The translations under genes and the position numbers were made by a program. The notes under the pieces are model-generated. The model saw only the letters and a list, made by a program, of their open reading frames with translations. It did not search any database and was not told where the DNA came from. Shown here one piece after another: positions 1 to 8,913 of a stretch of 64,000 nt of DNA. The DNA comes from Bradymonadia bacterium. Lineage in GTDB: Bacteria > Myxococcota_A > Bradymonadia > UBA7976 > UBA1532. The DNA is taken from contig JBKAGE010000049.1 in the NCBI GenBank assembly GCA_046290225.1, forward strand, positions 1 to 64,000. Direction: 5' to 3'. Position 1 is the stretch's first letter. Each line of letters opens with the position of its first letter.

Positions 1-101
1 TCAGCACACGCTGGGAGAGGAATCCTCGCAACTTTGAGGCCTTCGTCTATGTCGCGTTTGCCTGGCTCTGGCTCACGAAGCTGTTAATGGGATAGTCTCT
101 A
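1..101 (+). mobile_element. 3' end of a probable IS5-family insertion sequence (transposase C-terminus plus right end); continues off the window
   Basis: Frame 3 reads STRWERNPRNFEAFVYVAFAWLWLTKLLMG* (stop 93-95), matching the IS5-family C-terminal pattern R(W/Y)E(R/K)...N(F/Y)xAF...A. It is followed immediately by GGGATAGTCTC-TA, which resembles an IS5 right end. Not in the ORF track. Confidence 0.65.
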
Positions 102-139
102 TAGATTCCGACGACTTTGAAGCGATCGACTTTTATAAC

Positions 140-3100
140 ATGATGAGCTATCACAGGAGAGGATCCGGCCCAGTAATTAAAGATGGCCATACATTTAGAT
201 CCATCACACCTCAGCAAGAAGCTCTTGTTCGATTGACTCTCACACCATGTGACAATGGTTATATGTCACACCAAAACATCCTTGTCTCTCTTCCAGACGA
301 CTACTCCACAAACCTACTTGAAGACAAGTGTGGTGAGAGAGCGGGTATGACAGATGTTTGTGCATCTGAAGGGGGTGACTCTGATGGAGATGGTATCTGT
401 GACGATGTGGATCAATGCAATGGTGGACCACTATCGGCTTTCGACTTGGATTTTGATGGAGATGGTGTTCCTAGCTCATGTGATTTATGTGATACAGATC
501 CGAATATTGGTGCAGTAGGGGATCCTTCAAACCCGGCAAGTCTGGATTATGACGGAGATGGCAATTCAGGCTTCTGTGATGCGGACTCAGACAATGACCA
601 TTGTTATGACTATGAAGACTATGAACCATTTAATGACACCAAGTTTTTTGGTATCGATGAGTGTGATGGAAGTGAGATCTACCTGTGGGCCGGCGGCAAT
701 GTTGATGATGACATAGATGCGAATGGGAAAGAAATCCTCAATTGTGCAGACGATGACAGTGATAATGATGGGCTACCCGACTATCCTGGACTTATTGAAG
801 TTGAACCAGGGCGATTTGAGATACTTTCTGACCCTTGCCCTTTGATTCCTGGTGAGTTGTGCAGGATCGCTTGTAGTAATATTTCAGAGCGCCGGTTCTT
901 CTGTTCTGCGGCAACCTGTGGCCTCCATCGGTTTGAGATAACATCGGATGCACTCAATGGGCCAACTATACCTCTGTCTGATGTACAGACGGTCGTAAAT
1001 GACATTGTCTACGTTCGACCATCCGACACAATTGCAACAGTTTCACATCGCGCCCTTATTTCACAGATAGAAAGCAGCTTCCCTGTAGACTCCAATTTGG
1101 TTGTATCGGCCATCAGAGTATCAGACAACGAAGTGGTCAAGTCATGGAATACGAAAGTATCTCACTTCAAACAGTCAAGCATCACAACATATGGCGTTCT
1201 GTACGGCATTCCTATGGTCAGCTCTGCCTTTCCCTCAGGGGATCATACATTCTTTACATTCCAGCACACATCTTGGGAGGGCCCAGATGTTGACGGGGAT
1301 GGTGTCCTTGATCATCTCGATAACTGCGTGCAAGCATATAACCCGTCGCAGGCTGACACTGATAGGGATTCCTACGGAAATGCATGTGATTACGACTATA
1401 ATCAGGATGGGGTTATTGGCACAGATGACTTGGCTCTCTTGGAAGCCTGCATAGAACAGGGTATCCAATCACAAAACAACCCACATATTTTCGATAGTTC
1501 GATCATACCATGCAATGACACGGATATGAATATGGATGGGCTCATCACCAATGATTATGAACTTGAGGAGTTTCTCAAGGTTGACTTTGGTTCTGTGCCT
1601 GGCCCATCATTTATAAACGACCGCTATCCTAACCTGGCTTGCCCACCAAACCCAGGAAATGATGAAGACTTGGATGGTGTTTGTTTAGTCCATGACAACT
1701 GCCCATCTATAGCCAACTCAGATCAGATGGATGATGATGAAGATCTTACGGGCAATGCCTGTGATATATGCCCATTGGATGCAGCCAATGATGTGGATGG
1801 CGACGGGATTTGTGGTGACGTAGACAACTGCCCCACATTGGCCAACCATAACCAAGAAGATAACAATAATGATGGTTTCGGCGATGCCTGTTTACCTCTC
1901 AACGCCACAATATCTGACTGTGCAATCATCGATCATGGCGCCATCATCGGAGAAAACGCGGTCATCAACTGTGCTCACATCCACAGTGGTGCAGTCATCG
2001 GTGAAGGCGCGGTCATCGGGCAAGGCAACTCCTGGCCCAGAGTCGAGGTGAGAAGCGGGGCCAACATTGGTGCTCAAGTCATAATTGGCGAGCGCAATGA
2101 CATTGGAGAAAACGTCACCATCGGTCCAGATGCCACCTTGGGCCAAAATGTCATCCTGGCAGCCAATGCAACAGTCGGCGCAAATGTGACATTAACAAGC
2201 TACAACACGGTTGGCGAAGGCTCCGAAGTATACGCCAATATGGGAAGCAGCAGCCGCATAGGCACTCACAGCATCATCGAGGCGGGAGCCACCATCAACT
2301 CTCACGTGGTGATGGACGATGACGTTGTCATCTCCAACGGTGCCGTAATTGAGAGCCATGTAGACATATCAAATCGCTCAATCGTGGGTGCAGGCGCGAC
2401 ACTGGGCTCTCAAACAGAGGTAGGCGAAGACGTCTCCATTGGTGAGAACTCACAGATAACGGCCAGACTGAAAAATGGCGTGACCATCGGCAACGACTGC
2501 AATATCCGCAGCGACGTGGGCGAGGGCATCAGCATCGGCAACAACACAATCATCAAGCCGAGGGTGGGCTACAGCGGCGACGGTTGGCCCATCATCTCCG
2601 GCAGTGTGACGATTGGTGATGACGTTTACATTGGCGACAGCACGGAATTGCCCCGCGACATCCGGATTTCCAGCGGGGTGACCATCATGTCCCACGTGAC
2701 GATTCGAGATTCGGACGACCCAGGGGCCAGCGTGGTGATTCACGCTGACACGGTCATCAACTACACCGCTGTCATTGGCGAGAATGTATTCGTCGGGCCT
2801 GGGGCGTACATCGAGGACGCCGCTCACATTGACGACGATACGATGCTGGCCTCCAACGTGCGTGTGCAGCCTCGGGCCTACGTGGGCAAGCGCTGTCTCT
2901 TCGGCGACAGCGTCCTTGTTGGCTCTCGCTCGACTGTTGGTGACGAAAGCATCCTCGATGATGAGGTCGTCATCTTCCCCGACACCACTGTGGGAGAGAG
3001 GGTGGAGCTTGGAAACGGTGTTCGTGTGGGTGAGGGGGTGAACTGGCACGGTGAGACCATCATCGGGGACTACACCACCGTCGCCCCTGGCATCAACGTG

Positions 3101-3199
3101 CACTACAAGGCTCAGGTGGGCAGCTGCCTCTACATCGATGCCGATGTGCCCATTCGAGGTGTCGTGCCTGGCAACTCCGACTGTGTGCCTGCTCAGTAG
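140..3199 (+). CDS. Large extracellular-type protein, probably 5'-truncated: metzincin Met-turn remnant, TSP3-like Ca-binding repeats, dockerin-like pair, long hexapeptide (left-handed beta-helix) C-terminus
   Basis: No signal peptide or RBS; the frame is open upstream (IDSDDFEAIDFYNMMSY). Repeated DxDxDG..D..DNCP motifs; DYNQDGVIGTDDL and DMNMDGLITND; [IV]G-x-x-x-x hexapeptide periodicity from ~1890 to ~3170. Confidence 0.75.
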   Translation: MMSYHRRGSGPVIKDGHTFRSITPQQEALVRLTLTPCDNGYMSHQNILVSLPDDYSTNLLEDKCGERAGMTDVCASEGGDSDGDGICDDVDQCNGGPLSAFDLDFDGDGVPSSCDLCDTDPNIGAVGDPSNPASLDYDGDGNSGFCDADSDNDHCYDYEDYEPFNDTKFFGIDECDGSEIYLWAGGNVDDDIDANGKEILNCADDDSDNDGLPDYPGLIEVEPGRFEILSDPCPLIPGELCRIACSNISERRFFCSAATCGLHRFEITSDALNGPTIPLSDVQTVVNDIVYVRPSDTIATVSHRALISQIESSFPVDSNLVVSAIRVSDNEVVKSWNTKVSHFKQSSITTYGVLYGIPMVSSAFPSGDHTFFTFQHTSWEGPDVDGDGVLDHLDNCVQAYNPSQADTDRDSYGNACDYDYNQDGVIGTDDLALLEACIEQGIQSQNNPHIFDSSIIPCNDTDMNMDGLITNDYELEEFLKVDFGSVPGPSFINDRYPNLACPPNPGNDEDLDGVCLVHDNCPSIANSDQMDDDEDLTGNACDICPLDAANDVDGDGICGDVDNCPTLANHNQEDNNNDGFGDACLPLNATISDCAIIDHGAIIGENAVINCAHIHSGAVIGEGAVIGQGNSWPRVEVRSGANIGAQVIIGERNDIGENVTIGPDATLGQNVILAANATVGANVTLTSYNTVGEGSEVYANMGSSSRIGTHSIIEAGATINSHVVMDDDVVISNGAVIESHVDISNRSIVGAGATLGSQTEVGEDVSIGENSQITARLKNGVTIGNDCNIRSDVGEGISIGNNTIIKPRVGYSGDGWPIISGSVTIGDDVYIGDSTELPRDIRISSGVTIMSHVTIRDSDDPGASVVIHADTVINYTAVIGENVFVGPGAYIEDAAHIDDDTMLASNVRVQPRAYVGKRCLFGDSVLVGSRSTVGDESILDDEVVIFPDTTVGERVELGNGVRVGEGVNWHGETIIGDYTTVAPGINVHYKAQVGSCLYIDADVPIRGVVPGNSDCVPAQ

Positions 3200-3230
3200 G
3201 ATTCTCGTCTCGCCAACGCGAAGCTCTGGC

Positions 3231-4298
3231 TCAACGACGGCGCCTTACGGCCATCAGCGCCAGCAGCCACATCATCAGGCCCGAGCCTGTACGCCCTGCC
3301 ATCGTGGAGCAGCCGCTTTCGCTCTCCCCAGACGACTGTGCTGATTCATCCATCGGCTCTGCCTCTGGGCCGGCAGTGCACCACTCTTCGAGATCATCCC
3401 CCTCGTCTTCGACACCATTTCCGTCTTCCACCACGACATCATCACCACACATGCCACCATCGACGCGATCCTCGGGCACCCAGGCAGGGCCGGCGTCGAT
3501 CGCCTGCCAGTCTTGCTCTACCTCCACGCGGCGTTGATGACACGGCGTGCACACCTCGGGGATCTCGGCGCTGACGTTGCCTGCGGCGTCGATCACCTCC
3601 ACACGCCAGCACTCATTGCCAGGCTGTGCCAGCTCAGGGTCGTAGCCATCGAAATTCGACGAGAAGCCCGCCTCTCCCGGGGTCCGTCGCAAGCGGCGCC
3701 GGATGTACCACTCGTCGGTGGGGGCGTGGTGGTTGTAGATGTTGATGATCTCCAGTGCACCCGCTGCGTCAGCCGCCTCGAGATCACCGCGTAGATAGCT
3801 CGTGTAAATCGCGAAAGGATCGCAGGCGTCCGAGAACTTCTCGGGATACTCGAAGACATCGAACATCAGCCCCTGCACCGGGCTCGGCGCCTGCTCGTCT
3901 GGGGCGGTCAATGTATAGGTGAGATCCACTGGGCAACCCGCCACCTCGTTCAGCTCTCTGCTGCACATGAAGCCGGAAATGTGCAACACCCCGCCCGCGG
4001 CAGGTGTGTCTTCGAGCCGCACCGCGAACTCCGTGTACCCCTGACTGGCGCTGTAGGACTCCGTAATCTCGAAGGCCACGGGTGCACCATCCACGGTGAC
4101 TTCGAACTCTTCTGGCTCGAGCCAACGACCATCGATGAAGACGGCTGCGTTGGCGGGCAACTCGGCACCACTCTCTGGGTAGGACCGGCCTAGTTGGGGA
4201 AACGGCTCGCCACAGGCAGAGGCCTGCTGAGCGCCGAGGGCGAAGAGACCCATGAGGGTGAGGGCGCAGTAAGAGATGATGTGGGGTGTGCTGAACAT
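3231..4298 (-). CDS. Secreted protein with MYXO-CTERM-type sorting tail
   Basis: Start reassigned to MFSTPH (GGAG RBS, signal peptide ending ASA-C). C-terminus GCSTMAGRTGSGLMMWLLALMAVRRRR. Confidence 0.8.
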   Translation of the reverse strand: MFSTPHIISYCALTLMGLFALGAQQASACGEPFPQLGRSYPESGAELPANAAVFIDGRWLEPEEFEVTVDGAPVAFEITESYSASQGYTEFAVRLEDTPAAGGVLHISGFMCSRELNEVAGCPVDLTYTLTAPDEQAPSPVQGLMFDVFEYPEKFSDACDPFAIYTSYLRGDLEAADAAGALEIINIYNHHAPTDEWYIRRRLRRTPGEAGFSSNFDGYDPELAQPGNECWRVEVIDAAGNVSAEIPEVCTPCHQRRVEVEQDWQAIDAGPAWVPEDRVDGGMCGDDVVVEDGNGVEDEGDDLEEWCTAGPEAEPMDESAQSSGESESGCSTMAGRTGSGLMMWLLALMAVRRRR

Positions 4299-4574
4299 GG
4301 GCGTCTCCAGAGGCGAGGCTCGAGTGTGTATGGCTCGTCTAGTCGCAACTGCGCCCCGCCTCTTACCGAAAAAAATTGAGCACACCGCGCACAACAATGT
4401 GCGGGGGTTGACTGTGCCAGGACCACGACACCTGGGAGCAGCTGGGCCTTGGATACACTGAAGGTCGTGGTAGGTGCCTCGGCGTTGGGTCTGATCAGTC
4501 ACGGGCGATCATGACCTGTGGCGCAGAGCGTCACCCACCGGAAACATCACGCGCCCATTTCCACCGGTTTGAGC

Positions 4575-4590
4575 TGGCGCACGCGTTGCT
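4575..4590 (+). promoter_or_regulatory. Putative sigma54 -24/-12 promoter for the USP pair
   Basis: TGGCGCACGCGTTGCT: GG-N10-GC spacing, close to the consensus TGGCACG-N4-TTGCW, ~30 nt before the start at 4622. Confidence 0.6.
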
Positions 4591-4621
4591 TTTCCTCTCC
4601 GCGCACAGAGAGGAGGACATC

Positions 4622-5542
4622 ATGCAGCAGCGGACCGCCGACGCCACGCCCCAGCGCCTCGTGGGCCCCCAGGGCCCCATCTTGATCGCCACCGACATGA
4701 CTGAGGGGGCGCGTACTGCCGCCCAGTGGGGTCACGCCCTGGGCATGATCACCGACACCCCCACCGTGGCCACTCACGTCATAGAGCCCCGCTTTGGAGG
4801 CATCTTCGCCAAACGGTTCGAGCCTGATCTCACCGACGATCGCATCGAGGGCATCCGAGGGCTCATGGACATCTGGTACCAGGAGACCACTGGGGGCGAA
4901 GCCAGCGAGACCGAAGTCTGTGGCGGCCATGCCCACGCTGCCCTCGACGGCCTCGCCCGAGATCGAGATGCTCGCATGCTCGTCATGTCGCGCACGAGCA
5001 AGGGCTCGATTCAGCAGGCCCTCATCGGCTCTCGTGTGCAGCAGATCGCCCAGAACCCGCCCTGCCCCCTCGCCGTAGTGCACCCACAAGGGCCGCCCAT
5101 GAAGCGGGGCATGCACATCGCCGTGGCCACCGACTTTTCAGAGGCCAGCATCTCCGCCATCCGGTACGCCGCCCACCTTGCGGCGAAGACCGACAGCACG
5201 CTGTCGCTGGTGCACTGCACCTTCATCCCCGCCTCGGAGAACGGCAGCTTCGACGATGTGCAGGAGCAGGCCCTGGGCACCCTCACCGAGCTGTGCACCC
5301 GAGAGCTTGAGATGATCCGCGCTGCGGTGTGGTCCGACCACCTCGGCCTGCAGATCGACCTGCACGTGCGCACCGGCCGGGCCATCGACATCTTGCTGGA
5401 GTTCGACCAGGAGATGGGGGTGGATCTCATGGTGGTGGGTCAGACAGGGCAGGCCTCCACCCTCGGTGCGCTCTTGGGGAGCGTGCCGCGTCGCTTGCTT
5501 CAGCAGACCGTCGGGCACCTCGTCATCGTGCCCAGGTTCTGA
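4622..5542 (+). CDS. Universal stress protein, tandem USP domains
   Basis: ILIATDMT and IAVATDFS starts; LIGSRVQQI and LLGSVPRRLL ends; GAGGAGG RBS before ATG 4622. Confidence 0.92.
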   Translation: MQQRTADATPQRLVGPQGPILIATDMTEGARTAAQWGHALGMITDTPTVATHVIEPRFGGIFAKRFEPDLTDDRIEGIRGLMDIWYQETTGGEASETEVCGGHAHAALDGLARDRDARMLVMSRTSKGSIQQALIGSRVQQIAQNPPCPLAVVHPQGPPMKRGMHIAVATDFSEASISAIRYAAHLAAKTDSTLSLVHCTFIPASENGSFDDVQEQALGTLTELCTRELEMIRAAVWSDHLGLQIDLHVRTGRAIDILLEFDQEMGVDLMVVGQTGQASTLGALLGSVPRRLLQQTVGHLVIVPRF

Positions 5543-5551
5543 GGCACGGTC

Positions 5552-6031
5552 ATGGACACCCCCAGCTCGGCACAGTGCATCGACCGGGTGCTGGTGGCCA
5601 CAGATCTGTCACCGGCGAGCAACGCGCTCTATGCCGCTGCGCGCGATCTGCTCTGCCCAGGCGGCACAGTGCACCTCGTGCACGTGCTCGATCCCGCAGA
5701 GTCGCTGTGGTCGGCGCTGGTCCGAGACTACAGTCCGGAAGGCATCGAAAAGCAGATGTTGATCCAGGCGGAGTCGGCGCTGCTCGATCTCGACCCGTCA
5801 GGGCAACCACTGCCCACACTCGAAGCGCACATCATGGTGGGGCACCCTGCGGCGCAGATCGCCAGCCAGGCCGAGGCCGTGGGTGCAGATTTGATCCTCG
5901 TGGGGGCAGCCCGAGGCGAGGGCGTGCTTCAGGGGATCCTGGGCCATGTGGCCGACGAGGTGCTGCGACGGACGCGGTGCCCGACGATGGTGATCCCCGT
6001 GGGGGTCAAAACAGCTCGACCTCACCTGTAG
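5552..6031 (+). CDS. Universal stress protein, single domain
   Basis: RVLVATDLS...[11 protein letters not shown]...[21 protein letters not shown]. Confidence 0.92.
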   Translation: MDTPSSAQCIDRVLVATDLSPASNALYAAARDLLCPGGTVHLVHVLDPAESLWSALVRDYSPEGIEKQMLIQAESALLDLDPSGQPLPTLEAHIMVGHPAAQIASQAEAVGADLILVGAARGEGVLQGILGHVADEVLRRTRCPTMVIPVGVKTARPHL

Positions 6032-7448
6032 CTGTATCTGTGTACTCCCCTCCGAGGCCCCGATATTCCTGATGCGCAGAGAGCACCCGGCGGGCCAGCT
6101 CGACGCTGACGCCCTCGGCGAATTTCACGCCCATTTCATCTTCAGAGGACCACATCACTCGAGCTGTGGCGATCCCGTGGCCCTCGAACTTGATCTCCAC
6201 ATCGTGGCCGCTCTCGATGGCCGGGAGCAGACGTAATCGAGCACCGTGGGGAGACAGATCTCGCACGCGGCTCGTCATCTCCTTGCCCTCGCGGGTCACC
6301 ACGACCTCCAGATCCAGCTCCAACCTGTCGTCCTCTCGACGATCCTTTGCGTCGGAGCTGTTGAGATCCTGAATCATCTGCATCAACTGCTCGGTGAGGT
6401 GCACAGCAGAGCACTTCAGCTGCGAGCTGGCGCACAGGCTGAGGTTGGCGTTGTCCTGATCTTCGCTGAGATCGTGATTGAGCGCCTCGACGAGACCGGC
6501 ACACTGACGAGCGGCTTCAGCTGCCTCCATGGAGCGCTTCGCAATGGTGCGCGTGTGGGCATCTTGAGTATCGGTGGCGCGCCTGATCTCGACGATGGTG
6601 CCCTGAAGCGCAGTAGAGATCGTACCCATCTCCACGCTGGACTCACCTACACGGGCCACACCAGCCTCAAAAGCCGCGAGGCTGTTGTTGATCAGCTCAG
6701 TGGCCCCGGTGATGCGCTTCGACAACGCCCGCACCTCATCGGCCACCACACCGAATCCCTTGCCGGCCTCCCCTGCCCGCTGGGCCTCGATGCTGGCATT
6801 GAGGGCCAACATCGTGGTCTGGCGGCTGATCGCCTTGATGGTGGTCGTGGCTTCGTTGACATCGGCGATACGGGCCATCAGCTCTTCTGCATGCGTGCGG
6901 TTCGCAGAGGCCTCGTCGGCCGCACGGTGGATCAACTCTTCTGATTTGACGGCCTGGCTGACGATGTCGGACATCGATTCTGTGAAGGCCTGCATGCTCG
7001 CCTCGCTCTCGGCAATGAGATCTCGAGCCTGGTTTGAGCTAGTCTCTGCACGCACAGCACGCTGGATGGATTGCTCGGTGGACTCCACCACGCCAATGGA
7101 GGATGCCTCCACAGTCTCCATGGAGTAGCTGAGCTGCTGCATGAGGGTGAAGACGTCTTTTTCAAGGAATTTGAGCACCTTGAGCACCCGCATGCGGTAC
7201 TGCATCACGCTGCGCATGGTCTCTTCGTACTCTGCGTTGATCTCAGATACAGCCTCAGATGGCGCAATCATGACGGGCGCTTCGACTTCGAGTGACGTCG
7301 GGACGGCCTCCTGGCGCAGCCCCCACTGCGCGGCGAGCCAGCCCGCACCCAACCCGACACAGGCAGCACCCAGCCATACAGGGCCCATGATGAATGCCCC
7401 CACGCATCCAACCACCCAGCCCCCAAAAATAGCTTTTTGATTTTGCAC
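6006..7448 (-). CDS. Methyl-accepting chemotaxis protein with C-terminal PilZ domain
   Basis: MCP hairpin [30 protein letters not shown]; PilZ motifs RREDDR and DLSPHG; two N-terminal hydrophobic helices. Confidence 0.9.
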   Translation of the reverse strand: MQNQKAIFGGWVVGCVGAFIMGPVWLGAACVGLGAGWLAAQWGLRQEAVPTSLEVEAPVMIAPSEAVSEINAEYEETMRSVMQYRMRVLKVLKFLEKDVFTLMQQLSYSMETVEASSIGVVESTEQSIQRAVRAETSSNQARDLIAESEASMQAFTESMSDIVSQAVKSEELIHRAADEASANRTHAEELMARIADVNEATTTIKAISRQTTMLALNASIEAQRAGEAGKGFGVVADEVRALSKRITGATELINNSLAAFEAGVARVGESSVEMGTISTALQGTIVEIRRATDTQDAHTRTIAKRSMEAAEAARQCAGLVEALNHDLSEDQDNANLSLCASSQLKCSAVHLTEQLMQMIQDLNSSDAKDRREDDRLELDLEVVVTREGKEMTSRVRDLSPHGARLRLLPAIESGHDVEIKFEGHGIATARVMWSSEDEMGVKFAEGVSVELARRVLSAHQEYRGLGGEYTDTATGEVELF

Positions 7449-7616
7449 ACTTCACCCCTCATTTGAGTGAGCTCTTCATCTTTCATCGGCGGCTTGATGA
7501 CATGAATGAACTCACCCCAGTACACATGACTGCCCATGCAGCCCATGCCGAGAAACCGCTTCCCCTGAAGCCCCCGTCTCCCCACACTTTGCAACCATCA
7601 CCATGCCCTGAGACAC

Positions 7617-8738
7617 ATGTCTCAACACAATGGGTCATCGATGACCTTGGGGGTAGCCACTTTGAGTCACACACACTCACTCATACACAGCCTTTTCGCT
7701 GTTTTCTTGGTGTTGTCAGGTCACAGCGCCATGGCCCAGATCAGCCCCTACCCCACCCCGACACCGGCGCCCTGGCCCGCCACAGGGTTTCAGCGGGGCA
7801 TGGTCTATTCGTCGTGGGATGGCAGCTATCCGCACCGAGAGGCGTGGTCCGAGCACCTCGATCGGTTCGAACAGTTGGGGATCACCTGGCTCGAAGTGAT
7901 GACCTTCGCCGAGCAACCCGACATCAATGCGCCACAGATCAGGACCATGCCACCGAGCCGATGGCCCTCGGCCTTTGTCACCGAGGCCCGAGCCCGCGGG
8001 TTCAAGATACTACTCAAGCCCCATGTCTGGTCCCGGCAGTTCTATGATGGCTCGAAACGCTGGCGGGGGAGTATTCAGCTGCCCGACGACGCAGCCTATG
8101 CACAGTGGTTTGCTCAATATGAGCAGTTCATCCTCGCCGAAGCCCGCCTGGCAGCGCAGCACGGTGTGGAGATGTTCTCGGTGGGCCTCGAGTACGTGGA
8201 GATCACCCGCACGCAAGGCCCCCGCTGGCGCAACCTAGTGAAGAAGATCCGCGCAGTGTACCCCGGCCTGCTCACGTACAGCGCCGACGGCAATCACGAG
8301 GCCGCCCACGTGGACTTCTGGGACACCCTCGACGTGATCGGCGTGAACGCCTACTTCCAGATCAGCAAGACACCGAGCCCCACCCTGGAGATCATGCGCC
8401 AGGGCTGGCAGCCACACGTACAACGCCTCAAAGCCCTCTCCGAGAAGTGGGCCCGCCCCATCGTCTTCACCGAGGCGGGCTTCGCCAGCACCGCCGATGC
8501 CCCGGTACAGCCCTGGCAATGGCCATCGAAGACCGCCGCTCCGGATCTCGAAACGCAGCGTCGTGGATACGAGAGCCTGTTCGAAGCCTGCACTGGGCAG
8601 AAATGGTGTCAGGGTGTGTTCTTGTGGAAATGGTACGAGGTGCCCGAGAAAGACACCCCGCATGGGGTGGATTACACCCCCAGAGACAAGCCCGCCGAGC
8701 ATGTCTTGAAGCGCTGGTACCGTCGAGAAAGCCAGTGA
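7617..8738 (+). CDS. Glycoside hydrolase, GH113-like TIM barrel, secreted (start uncertain)
   Basis: ILLKPHV, WRGxI, FSVGLEY, LTYSA, DVIGVNAYF, IVFTEAGF and GVFLWKW follow the GH113 pattern with two candidate catalytic Glu. Confidence 0.8.
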   Translation: MSQHNGSSMTLGVATLSHTHSLIHSLFAVFLVLSGHSAMAQISPYPTPTPAPWPATGFQRGMVYSSWDGSYPHREAWSEHLDRFEQLGITWLEVMTFAEQPDINAPQIRTMPPSRWPSAFVTEARARGFKILLKPHVWSRQFYDGSKRWRGSIQLPDDAAYAQWFAQYEQFILAEARLAAQHGVEMFSVGLEYVEITRTQGPRWRNLVKKIRAVYPGLLTYSADGNHEAAHVDFWDTLDVIGVNAYFQISKTPSPTLEIMRQGWQPHVQRLKALSEKWARPIVFTEAGFASTADAPVQPWQWPSKTAAPDLETQRRGYESLFEACTGQKWCQGVFLWKWYEVPEKDTPHGVDYTPRDKPAEHVLKRWYRRESQ

Positions 8739-8828
8739 GCGCCTCTGGCCATCCACTGTGACCACAATGCCCCACCTCTGCTGACCCCACCACGCATCAA
8801 ATCCCCTCTGCGCCAACGACTCACAGTG

Positions 8829-8844
8829 TGGCACATTAAGTGCT
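8829..8844 (+). promoter_or_regulatory. Putative sigma54 promoter for the surface-protein operon
   Basis: TGGCACATTAAGTGCT with exact GG-N10-GC spacing in an AT-rich patch ~70 nt upstream of the start at 8914. Confidence 0.5.
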
Positions 8845-8913
8845 TTAAATACTTCGACCTGCTCAAGGTGATGGATGGACCCCCTGGCGCCGCACGGCGC
8901 GAGAGGTTGTGTG

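Noticed and set aside
7617..8738. GH113-like gene as part of the giant operon or a GTA/phage tail gene
   Set aside because: Separated by ~175 bp containing a separate promoter-like site; it has a signal-like segment and no phage genes are nearby.
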